Assembly (NCBI RefSeq): GCF_021869535.1
Contig: NW_026262581.1
Coordinates: 121,830,001-121,894,000, forward strand
Origin: Mytilus californianus
Taxonomy: Eukaryota
DNA: 64,000 nt
Direction: 5' to 3'
The notes under the pieces are model-generated. The model worked only from the letters and a program-made list of their open reading frames with translations. It did not search any database and was not told the DNA's origin. Of this stretch, positions 26,139-39,400 are shown piece after piece (the stretch's first letter is position 1; each line of letters opens with the position of its first letter). A program made the position numbers and the translations under genes.

Positions 26139-29100
26139 TATTTAGCACTTCTGTGTTGACAAATTTTTATTCAAGCGTCACTGATGAGTCTATTTTAATG
26201 ACTGTCATGTGATCATCAAGGTCAACTGAGATAAGCTGTTTTTGGGGGATACAAGCCCTGTTTTTTTTCCACACATCCATTTCAAAGAATTTCTTATAAA
26301 CTTTCCCATAAAGAAATATGTTCAAATGTGGCTTTTTGAATGTTGTGTGGATCATTTGGTCACCAACTAACAACTCCTTTTATGGGAAAAGTAGTGCAAT
26401 GAGGTAAATCTATTTTCAGGTGGAAGGAAAATTAGAAATTTAGGGACAATGCCAAAACAAATATATTTTTAAACTATTAGCCAAAATCAATTGGATTGGT
26501 ACTTTGCTGCATCATGGAGTATTTCATCTATCATATGGAATCATATAAAGAAACTGACAAAAAATTAAATTCTAACACAACGTAGACTTTTTCAAAGAGG
26601 AGTAATGGTGAGAGTAGTTGCTTACATTATCTCATGGTGATGAAAATAAAATGGAACTTCAATGGTCCTCATGGAAACACTATTCGTTGGATAAACATCA
26701 TAATTGTAACTTGGCATATAAAAAGGAAGCAGTATATTTCTGACTATTTAACAATTGACAGTATGTACTGAAGAAACACATTGAAGTTATCACAGACTAT
26801 AAAGGAAGTTAATAGCATCACACTTAATAACATACAAGTGATTTATGTGTATCATTATTGTGCATTAAAACAATAAAGGAAACAAAATAATAGTCAAGGA
26901 ATTCTTAACCTTACTTTACCAAAATACACCTTATCGGTTTACTAACGATAATTTAAATAGGAAGATTGATGCATTAATGAACAATTGTTAAATGTTACCA
27001 TATAGGTTTTCAATTGTTAATATAATATAAATTCTTTGTCCAAAAAATATTAAAAACAAAAAAGAATCAGGCCTTCTTTTGTGTTATTCTTTAAAAGCCA
27101 AAAAGGCAACACAGTATTATTTCTGGATGAATATTGATTAAAAAGTGTTCTTAGATTTTCTTCCTAGCCAGACATTTACAAATCATTTATATATTGTTCT
27201 TAATGTTACGATACTTCAAATAAGTTGTGGCAGAAATTGCATTTTTTTTCTTTTCACAAAGATATATTTTCTTTCATGTTATAGGAATATGACTAAACTG
27301 TAATTATAAAACAAATTAACTGTACTTTCTCAATTTAAGGAAGTGCTGTCTACATGCAGGAGTCATTTTTGATAGCTTTATGATATTTTTACTTGTTCCC
27401 ATTTTATCAATAAAATTATACTGAGATGTAAGTTTTGCTCTATTTTTACCCAAAGGAATGAACTTGCTTGCAAACATAATGAAATATATACATGTATGCT
27501 TTAATCACTTCTATACAGCTACATACACATATTCCATCACAGATAGAATATCAACACAATTATAGCATACTTCTAAAAAAGAAAACAATATATATTAACA
27601 ATAAGACTTTCACATTCACTAAGCAGTAAATTAAATGGTGCTACAAAAAATAACAATTAAAGTAATAAAAAATGATAACAAAAATAAATAAGCTGAAAAT
27701 CTGTATCATGGAGTAACAACTATATGACAACTCCTTAAATATTTATAGGTCTAAAATCACTGTTTGTATAAATAAGAAGATGTGGTATGAGTGCCAATGA
27801 GACAACTCTCCATCCAAGTCACAATGTATGGCCCCTTTTGAAATTGTAAGGTTTAATTTTTATCAAACTTATTATAACATTTTTACCATGAAATTTAAGG
27901 AATTTTTCTACACTATTTAATGTCAAACTGAAGGAGAATTGATTTCTTTATATTTTTTTTAGAAAGAAAACATTCTAATATGCTCTTTATTCAATTTTCA
28001 AGCTATTATTTCCTCAGAAGACATGAAAAGGCTGTTTTAAAGCCCAACAGATTAAAAGATCACTAAGTACTATAAATGGATCATGTAACATGTTTTGAAA
28101 TCCATAAAATCACAAGTCTTCTTATTTTATTACAAATTATTTCTACTCTTGTTATAAAATTCTCACCTATTTTCTATTGGATGTCAAACTTGCTGCATTT
28201 TGATAAAACTTTTTTTTAAATAGTCTGAACAAAATTTTTATTCATCGCTGTTTAGATCAACAGCATTACCAGAATTGATATTTTGCAAAAAGATGACAAT
28301 GAGGCTATCTACAGACCTTTTTTTGGATAAGGCTCTTGATATTGGTTAATTTGATCATAAACTTTATAAAAAATGGAAATGTTGTGAAGTATGCTACTTA
28401 TGAAATGTTTGAGTCATAATGACATCATAAATTGAAAATAAATTTTGCACTTAAAATGAACTTATTTTGAAAGGATTTCAAGAATTTTTAAGGTTTAGAA
28501 TTTTAGGGACCAAAAAATGGCTGATAACATACCTGTTCCTTTTGTCATTTTAAACTATCAATATAGGTTTAATACCAAGTTACAGTAGTGTAAAATAGTA
28601 TTCTTTATAACAACTGTATATTGCACAAAAATAAAGCCATGTGTATGTACAGATTATTGGCATGGGCAAATTATCATCAAAATATAGTCAATAACAAACA
28701 AATATACAATACTACATCCTTGAGTAATATTTACTGCATTGGTATGCATGACTGAAGAGTACAATACATTTAGTTGAGAAAAACAGTTACCCTTCTTAAA
28801 CCCAAACAATGTATATGATAACCCTTTTCTGTTCAATTGACATATGCATCATTTTGGTTACAATAGGCTTTTTCTTCTGTAACTTTCCTTAAGATTTCTT
28901 TTGGTTTTAGTGTTTTGTAGTTGCTGTCTCACTGAGGTTTCCTTTTATTCATAAATTAAAACTAAAATTAAGTTTTCAATCTTAGGATCAATTGATTTAA
29001 TGGCTAAAAATATTTGCTTTTCTTATCAAATAATATTATAGCTACTCAAACATTGAAACTGTTAAAAAAATGAAAAATAATAATATAACAACATTTAGGG

Positions 29101-30423
29101 GACTTATTTTAACCCCAAAAGCAAATCATAAAACAAAAGGTTTTAGAATTAACAGATAATATCACAGTTTGAACACCTACATTTCAGAAGATAACAAAAA
29201 ATATTCAATTTGTGATGAACCAAATTGAAAAAGCATAGAAATTGCTCCTGCACATAAGAAACAACAAAATGTTTTGCATACAATATACACATCCTAGTCT
29301 AAAAATATCTAGACTTCATTTAAGAAACAAAATTTTTTTTTTAAAAAGCCTTCTCTGTTTATACCTAGATTAAACAATCACAATTCGTGCTTATTTCAAG
29401 TCAGTCTATCTAGATTATTTTTTGTTTGTAAGTCAATTTTTATTGGACTGAGTCGGATGTTGATGTGGGGTTTTCTATTCTCTAATATTATTTGTAATCC
29501 TGTTATCCTCTTAATGTATTGTGATGAAATTTCAAATAATGTTGGTACACTACCTTTATACTTGCTGCAAAATTTCACCCAATATTCATTTTTTTTTCTT
29601 GTATAAAATAATGATAAAGATACTGTGGATTCATTAACGTAAGTGTCAATTTTGTGGACTGTGGAAAAAGTCATTTTCAGTGATACATGTAAATGATTTC
29701 ACGGGTTCAAAAAATTATGCAAACAAGCCTATAGAAAATTTGTAATTTTGTTGAACACATCATGTTTCACTTTTAACCACAAATCACTGTAAATAAGTAC
29801 ACCACAAATAATAATGAATCAACAGTAATTATGGTTTCTTTTCTCAAAAAAACGCCAGAAATATGAATATTTTTTGCCTTTTTCCATTAAAAAAACGGTT
29901 GATTTGGTGTTGTCTTTACATCTTCTTTTAAAATAATTTTGAAAACTTATCAAAAATAGGCTCTCAATGCCTCTGTTTGCTTTCAAGCAAACAATTACTG
30001 ACATACATCATTGATGGTATGGTTATAAAGTCAGTTAAACTTTCAGGTGACATATTGGAAAAACAGAGATTTATTATGTACAATCTAAATCACACTTAGA
30101 AGTAAGAAACACAAACATACAGAATAACAAGTTCTTATGAGTGGGCTCAAATCAGTCAATACCCTTATAAACATATAATGTATATATAACAAAACATTTT
30201 CCACTCCTTGAAACAAGATATGTTAAAGAAGTACACAAATAAATCAGTGTTGAACCTTTACAGCATATGTTTATCTGATTTTTCACATAATCTACAACTG
30301 TACACAAATATTTCCATTCAGATCTAACTTGGTCCATATTTTACAACACTAACAGCCATCAGAATCTAAATGTTCAAGTTGTCTGTTTAAATTAAAAAGT
30401 TTGCCACCTACAATACTTCATCC

Positions 30424-30437
30424 TCATACATTATCAT
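30424..30437 (-). CDS. UBE2W: UBE2W exon 6 (DDNV*)
   Basis: ctgtttcag|AT GAT AAT GTA TGA; phase 1 matches exon 5. Confidence 0.8.
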
Positions 30438-33400
30438 CTGAAACAGATTGTGAACAGATATTAGTAGTTTATCATCAAAAAGCTCAAATTGTTCCATTTT
30501 ATTTCATAACAAATTTGGGGCTGATTTTTAAGTTTTCATTTTTGATTTTCAATAGCATATAAACCACTGGATGTTTAGCAAACAACTGTCAATCAATCAA
30601 AAGTATTTATTATTATTCAAATAGCATGTTAAGCATAGAGACAGTATTCAGAATAAGTTAATGGTCTTTGTTCGGTTTGAGAAAGAGTCTGCCAAAAACA
30701 AATTTGTCATATAATTTTAAAAACTAACAGTATAATAAACATATATACCAAGTTTCAAGTTGATATGACCTAAACTTCATGGTAAACTATCTTAAACAAA
30801 CACTTTTACCTGACAATTTACTGCTTTCACTCAATAACATTTCCTTGTTCAGTGAACCATGAAATTTTGGTCATGACCATAATTTAGCATGAAGACTAGA
30901 AAGTTCACATTAAAAGAACATTTGTACTAAGTTTCATGTTGACTACAACTTCATGATAAAATACCTTGTCCATGAATTTAACCTGAAACCGGACAGACAA
31001 AAAGATGGACAGAAAAACAGATGGATGGAATTACTAATGGACCCATACAAGAAAACACTATGCCTCTCTACTTTTGTGGAGCATAAACTATTGTTTTGTC
31101 AAAAATCTATTCTAACATGTGTTATTCATTTTACTTCTATTGATCAATTTTGGAATGTATTCAAAATTTTAAAAACATATCCTCTTTGAATGAAAAATCT
31201 TATAATAAACCTTTGACACAGAGATATGTGTCTTGCATGTATGTAAATTTGATAGTAAAATGCAAATGTTGAAATTAAAATGGGAATACTTTAACATGTA
31301 AAATATGTAAACATTCAAAGTCAATGAACCATGACTGATGGTGCAGAAATAATACTTTCCATGGAAATGAGTAGTGCCAATACAACTGCATCACAAACAT
31401 CATTGACTTACCATTGGTGGTTCCCCTTAAACTGACCTAATCATAAACTTTAACTTCTAAACTTTGCAAAAGTTTCAAAGTCAATAGATCATGACTAGGC
31501 TTAATAGTTCCATGGAAATGAGATGTGCTAATACAACTACATACCAAATATCATTTAATCACCATTATCGGTTCCTCTAAAACTGACCTAATCACAAACT
31601 TCCAACAAATTGTTGATGCCACCTTCTAGGGGAAACAGCACTCCTAGGTCTGCTTCATGACTTCTTCTAGGCAAGACAATAATTGTGATATCCCCAAATG
31701 ATATACTTTAACTTGACTTCACAATATAAACTTACCATGATACCACCATCTTGTTTTCTTAGGATTTTTACTACAGGTTTTTATATAAAAAGCATTATCA
31801 GGTGGTCTCTTCTGCAATAATAGATTAAACAACTATACTAAAACACAAAATACATATATATATATATAGCCCTGGTGGTCGAATGGTTTAGCACGACGGG
31901 CATAGTGCAAGGCGATTTGGTGCCACGATATCTCAGTAGCATGAGTTCAAATCCCGGCCAGGGAAGAACAAAAATTTGCTTCCGCAAATTTACAGATCTA
32001 ACATTGTTGGCCTGTTGTTCAGACGAACTATATATACAGAATGTGTTTTCAGCCTTGTATCACCATCACTAGTGATCCGATGGATAAAATCTGTCGTAGA
32101 GTTGTCAGACGTACTTATTATATATATATATATACCGGTAAGTCTAAATTGAAAACAACATTCAAACCTATGATTGCGTTGGATAAAAACCGCAATTTTT
32201 ATACATGTGCATGCAAAACAAATTTCTTGGTAGAGGGGTCTAAATACAGCACAAACAACATTTTCCAAAAGACCAAAAAAGTATATATATATATATATAT
32301 ATATAATGTGCCTAGAAAATCAACCTAACAATGTTAGAGTAGATTTGATTCTTTACTTCCTCCCCGAGCGAGGCTGGAACCTGTACTTCTCACTTCATAC
32401 TTCTACAGCAATAACACTTAGCATTGCGCAGACGCCTTATCCCCTCCTCTAAATATAGCTAACAAAAAAAATCAATCCAAGCTACTGAAGAAAAACCATC
32501 AAAGTACTTTTGGGTGATGATGCACAAAAAAATAACTATGTAGTCTTCTTCTTTTCTTACATTTATTAATTCAAAGTTAACAATATTTTCATCATGCATA
32601 ATGTATTTACCATCAAAACATCCATTATCTGTATTTAAAAACTTTAAAAGACACTTCAAGAATGTTACAGAGATGAAAGAACTCTTTTTATCTATATAGA
32701 TTAAAGCATATCAACTTAACATAGGAAATTCATGCATGTATACTGCATGGCTTCCAAAACGGTCATATTTTCTGGTCATGACTTGTAAAATTTATTTTTG
32801 ACTGGCTTGTGTACGTCTGAAATGTCTGTACTTGTAATTCAAAGTACTGAAAACAGGAAGTAGGTGTCTGACAGATCCAAAAAGTGCTTACATCTTACAA
32901 CTCATCACTGCCAAGCTGCTGAATAAATATGAAGACATTACCTTCAGTAGTATTGAAGAATTATGTGAAGAAAAAAATTGTAGTCCATTCAATATTTTGA
33001 TAAATTTACAGTATAAGCAAACCAGAAGTAGGTGTTCTACAGAAGCAAAAAAGCTCACATGTTACAACTTATCACTGTCAAGCTGGTGACCACTGAGACA
33101 GACATCTCAATGAAAGGATGAACAGACTCACAAATGGTCTATGTGATTGCAATATTGCCCCAACGCATTATATATATTTAAATTGGGTTTGTTAAAACAT
33201 GTCTTGACTGTTACCTTTTCTGTACAACTAGATAACATACTGACAATACTAAGACAAACAGCTTGAACAGACAGAGCAGGAGACCAGTCTTCTGTGAGAA
33301 TTGACAAACATATATGTCCATTACTATATACATGTGGATGTACAGGGATATTTGGTCCTACAAACATAACCTGAAACAAACATAAAATCAATTAATTGAA

Positions 33401-36400
33401 AAATATACCAGTCATTCAGAGTAAGTTAGTATATGGTGCTGATGACAATTAAATTACACAAAACACTCAAATGTACAGCTTCATTAGGTGTTTATACAAT
33501 TCACAATATTCAAGTTTTAATTCTTTATCAACAAATAAAGATGTTTATTTCAATTGATAAAGAATTTCACCATTTTTCTATGAATTTAAATTGCATTGCC
33601 ATGTGTTGCCTGTCATGTAGGTCCTTAAATTTTAGCAAAAACTACATAAAATATAAAATTAAAATATGATCAGTTCAGTATCGAAGCAGCCATTTTATTA
33701 TTTTGTGGATATTGGACTGAAATACATGTAGACTAGTCTGTCATCTTCAAAGGTATGAACTTGCAAGAAATTAAATATGCATGAATTTGTTTGGTTTTTT
33801 TTATTTGGCTGTAAAAAAATTAAACTATCATAATAATTAGTATTTGAAAACATCAGTTGTATTAAACAATTTTAGTATGACAAAACAAAAGAAATTAATT
33901 AGAATTAGTATGGAAAATTATCATTTCAGAATAATATTATATAGGATCAGTTTCAATGTACAATGACTTCAATTTTAAAATTAGAAATTTAAATTTCTTC
34001 ATTGATACACATGTACATGTATTATGATGTTAGAGTTTATTACTGATTCTGAAATACTTACAAAGCCAAAGGAATACAATGCAATAGATTTCAAGAGTAT
34101 ATATATATCCTCCACTAACAAGATTCAATTGGAGATGGAAAATATGACAGCTACATGTATGAGATTGTAAATAAAATGCTTCGCTGAGCACAGCCTGATA
34201 CGACCGCAGAGGTCGAACCCTGAACAGTTGGGGAAAATTTGGACACAATATTCAAGCTTGATACTGTCAGAATTTGGATTGTGATCAAATTTTTGACATA
34301 ATATAGGTTTCTGACACAAAATAAATGTGGTCAAAGATCTTACAAATCTATTGCACAATACTGTGCAATTGAAGATTTCTTCTTGAAACTTTTCAAAAAT
34401 TCAAAATAAAAAAATATGAATCCTTTAAAAAAATTGTAAATAAAAAATCCCTCCCTTGAAGCAATAACCCCAAAACTCAATCCCAGCCTTTCCTTTGTAG
34501 TATGGAATCTTGTAGTATAATTTCAGAGAGATCCATACACTTAAACACAAGTTATTGTCTCGAAACTAGAAAAATGCTTCTTTTTGGCCCTTTTTTGGCC
34601 CCTAATTCCTACATGTTTGGGGCAATTAACCCCAAACTCAATCCCAGCCTTCCCTCTTGTTATATGGAACCTTGTGGTACAATGTCTGAGAGATCCATAC
34701 ACTTACACACAAGTTATTGTCCGGAAACTAGAAAAATGCTTGTTTTTGGCTCCTTTTTAGCCCCTAATTCCTAAACTGTTTGCCCCATAACCCTTAAAAT
34801 AAATCCCAACCTTCTACTTGTGGTATTAAACATTGTGGTACAATTTCAGAGCAATTGAAATACTTATACACAAGCTATTGTCCTGAAACTAGATAAATGC
34901 TTGTTTTGGGCCCCTTTTGGGCCCCTAATTCCTAAACGGTTGGGACCATCATCCCTAAAATAAATCCCAACCTTCCTTTTGTGGTATTGAACCTTCTAAA
35001 AAAATTTCATAGAGATCCATTCTCTTAAACTAAAGTTATTGTCCGGAAACAAATGTGTCTTCGGACGACGACGACGACATCATACCATTATACAATCCCA
35101 AAAAAATTTTTGCAGTCGTATAAAAATTACCAGAGAAAATAGGCCACTTACTAAACTGACCTACAACTTAATGAATGTTCCAACATATGGAAAATTATTG
35201 TGAATTTTAACAGCTGGTTTGGCATTTGTGTGGATTTATCCACCCTTTTGATTGGCTTATTATCTTCGATTAACCTTTTTCCAGAATAGTTTCATTATCC
35301 ATCTTTTATATTCAATAGGATTATGTTATCATATGTATGACTTCCTTTACTTCACTTTTAAAATGTCCATTGTTTCAAATTTCCTAGCAGGAATTGCTTT
35401 AGGAAAAAATCAAGCAAGAAATTTAAATACATGTCACCTTGTTGTACATGTAAACATATGCAGGGCAAAAGGCAATGTATTTTTACTTTTGTTTTATATC
35501 ACAATACTTTTTTAAAAAACAATTTTTAGGAGAAAGAAATTTACAAGAATACCACATACATCTTTCTTTTTAAAAGCAAGTAACAAGTCTAAGGACTAAA
35601 TATTATACTACAAAAAAAAAAGCAAAGAGGTAATTATTATAAAAGTTTCAATCATTTATTCATGTAGTTTTTAAAAAAAGAACCTTCAGGCACATGTAAG
35701 CAATTTTTAAATTAATCCATGTAACCTGAAAAAGGAAGTGCAGATTTCCGAAAAAGTTGTTTATTGACAATAATATTTTCCTCAGAGAGAAACTGTATTG
35801 CTACCACTACAGGGGTGTTAAATGACCTTGACTTCTCAAAGGAACTTGCATGGTATGTGATAAATCTATTGTGTAAGTAAAGCAAGTTTTTATCTCAATT
35901 TATTTAATTATTTTATTTATTTAATTTTTTTTACAACTATAGTAAACTTCTAATGAAATAAAAAGTGTCCTGGTGTAGCCAGTACTTACCTGTGGTGAAT
36001 CAAATGGGTACCTTGAACCAAATTTGAATAATAACTGCATTTTCTCGCCAGCATACAATGTTCCAGGGGCTCCATCAAGGTCAACTATCCATCTAAAAGA
36101 AAATTCCACAAATAATAAAATGTATAAGTCGTACAAGGTATCAATGTCCATGAAAATAGAACTTTTGAAGAAATGATTACATTATTTTTATTCAATGTTA
36201 CATGTACCTGATAAAAAATAATGTATGTACCAAAACCCAATGCAAATCTATAGTTATATATGATGCCATTAAACTCAAGCCTTCTGTTATTAGATAACTG
36301 CACATTTTCATTGTGTAATCTCATCTTAGTGTAGTGAGTTTGAAGCTTTTTTCCTGTGGATATTGTTAAACAAAAATTCAATTATCTAAACCACAAGAAA

Positions 36401-39400
36401 ACTTACTTGTTGAATTCTTTTAGTTATTGAGAAGACTTACTCAGATAAATTCTTATAAATACTTTCAGCATCTACTTTAACACCTGTAGGAGGATCTTTC
36501 ATTAAAGCTGTAAGTTCTTTCTGCAATCTTTTCTGAAAAGAAAATGTTTACAAGTTCTACACAGTCTGTACACAAATTTTGAATACTTTAGCATTTGTAG
36601 GTCTAGAATCAGGTATATGATTCAAAGTACAACTTGGCAGATGACCTCTACATATAGATGTTGCTGTCTTATTAAAAATATCGACATCTCCTTTTATGCA
36701 TATGATAATTCCAAGTTTCAAATGATTTTAAATAGGATATGTGTTTAGTGATTCCTAGCAACATCTTCTAATTTCACAAGATTTGGTGTAGACTTACTCA
36801 GGGGACAGTCCAGAAATTTAAAAAAATGCTATTTTGTGCTTGATCAAGGGCCTTACATCTGGAAAGACTATCTATGTAAGTAAAATCTGTCAATTTCCAA
36901 CTGGATCTGTGCTTAGGGGTCGCATATAACATTTCCACATTTCAAATAATATGGGAGAGGCTTATTCAAGGTAGAATCCAGAAACCAATTTCTGGACATA
37001 TGTACTTTTACAAAAGCAATTCTATATGCCCCTGTCACCTCTCTCATAAAAATAGATAAACAAGGTTTACACAAATTTTTGGTCTAATCTTCATATGGAT
37101 TGGTTAAGTAGTTCAATCTATTTGAATACATTCAGAAAAAAAATACCCCCCTTTTTTTAAAATTGGATGAGAAACCAGGATTTTTTTTATAATGGCCTTA
37201 GTGTACATGTGAGCCAAGGCTCTGTGTTGAAGGCCATACTTTGACCAATAATTGTTAACTTTTAATACATTGTGACTTGGATGGAGAGTAGTCTCATTGG
37301 CACTCATACCACATCTTCTTATTTATAATAACAAAAGACAAACTAATAACCTCCCATATCCTAATGACAAGTTCCCATAAAGTTCACAGGATAATAAGGA
37401 ACTATGAAATTAATTTCATAATATAGACTGTTAAATGTAGTACACTGTAGTTAAGGTAATGTATGTGTATGTACATGTAGCTATATCTAAGAAAATTTCC
37501 TTTATTATGAAAAAACCTATGGAGCTTAATGGGAAGTCGATTCTTATATTTATAATTGTATAAATGTAATAATGTCCTCTATGAGCCCTTGCTTGATGAA
37601 TAAAAAAAATATGTAATATCTCTACAATACTGCCAATTTGCAATAGCATGTACACAACAGACAGGAGCTAACAAGTCTACACATACCATGCCAACTAATA
37701 CCAAAATTTGCAAACTTGGTACCATTGTCAGCTCATACCAAGCCAATTAATACCAAAATTTGCAAACTCTGTACTATTGTCAGCTCATACCATGTCAACT
37801 AATATCAAAATTTGCAAACTTGGTACCATTGTCAGCTCATACCATGTCAACTAATACCAAAATTTGCAAACTCAGTACCATTGTCAGCTCATACCATGTC
37901 AACAAAATTCAGCTTGTAACATGTCAACTAATCTCAAAATTTGCAAACAAATATATTGAATATATACTTGATTATTGATTTTTTGTTGTTGTCTGTAATA
38001 ATCTCCAATATTGTAATATACTCTTGGTGAGCCCATGGCTATTTTTGGAAATAAAGCATCATCTTCTGTTCATTAGACCCAGTGATAAGTTGGTAATAAA
38101 TTTTGCAAGTTCATGCTTTAACACATGATCAAACTAGCAGTAGTAGGAGTTGACTTTCTTTGGTACAAGTTTGCAATGGTTTTATTGTTTTATTTGTGCT
38201 TCGTAATATAATAATTCTTGAGGCGGCGGAAATTTTTATATTTTAATATATACAGTCCGCCAAAAGTTAAGCACCACCTAAATATAACTGGCAATATTTT
38301 TTTAACTATTGCGAAAAAAATATTTATGTTTGGTGTTATGAATTGCCTATAATATACACTAAGAAAATTCATTACGACCAAAAAAGATAGACTCCGATAA
38401 ACACGCCAAGCAATTTTTTATTAAAGGTCATCTGCACTTTTTCGAATACACTGTTTTGATGCCTTTAAATCATCTTCCTACTGTCCCGTGTACAGGTGAA
38501 ATTTGACCTTCACCAAGTCACTGTGAAATATGGCAAGGGGTAAGTTATCTGTGGCTGAACGTTGGCAAGCAATTGACATGTCAAATGCCGGTAGGAGCAC
38601 TAGTTGCATAGGTAACCATTTCAATGTTAAACATACCGTCATTGTCAGATTTTTACAACGTCATGTTGACACAGGAACTGTAAATGATAGACCAAGGTCC
38701 GGAAGACCCCGTTTAACTACCGATCGTGATGACAGACTCCTTATTGGTTGTGCTAAAGCCGACCCATTTACTCCTGCCCAACAACTTAGACACCACTGGC
38801 GTCAAGGTGGTCATGTTAGTGTTCGAACATTGGTCCGTCGACTTCATAGAGGCTACCTAAGAGCATGTCATGTTATCAAGAGACGTGCCCTAACAGCCAG
38901 GCACCGTATAATCAGGTTTCAAAGGGCTAATGACCAACGACGCTGGAACATGAGAAGCTGACAAACTGTTCATTGGTCAAATGAGAATCAGTTTCTGTTA
39001 CGACCAATAGACGGCAGAATACGAGTTTGTCGTGGAAATAAAACTGCTAATGACCAAAACAACATTTGCCCAACGACTGCAAACGTTGCTGGTGGTGTTA
39101 CAGTATGGGGTTTCTTCTCATACTGTTGTAAGGTGGGTATGCATATCCTGCAGGGTAACATGAACGGACAGACATACAGGGATTTGGTGCTTAGAAACAT
39201 TGTAGTCCCTCATTTTGATAATCCTCCACTTGCTTCAAGACCCTTGTGCATGTACGACAATGCTAGACCACACAGGGCAAGGATTGTAACCGAGTACAAA
39301 GAGCAAGAAGCCATTTACACTATCTTTTGGCCTTCCATGTCTCCAGACATGAACCCTATCGAACATGTCTGGGATGCCATTGGCAGAAATATCAATCGCA

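Noticed and set aside
10000-30400. Numerous 60-120 aa ORFs in the ORF track
   Set aside because: Non-ATG or low-complexity, typical of AT-rich non-coding or decayed TE sequence; no consistent exon chain could be built.
31868-31960. tRNA gene
   Set aside because: A-to-B box spacing is too long, there is no clean cloverleaf, and a SINE-like body follows.
32851-32922. C/D snoRNA (GTGATGA on the minus strand)
   Set aside because: No D box (CTGA) at a suitable distance and no terminal stem.
33128-33214. Read-through of UBE2W exon 4 giving VKTCFNKP, resembling exon 5 IKTCSKNP
   Set aside because: The similarity covers only a few residues; a proper exon 5 exists and the donor at 33214 is canonical.
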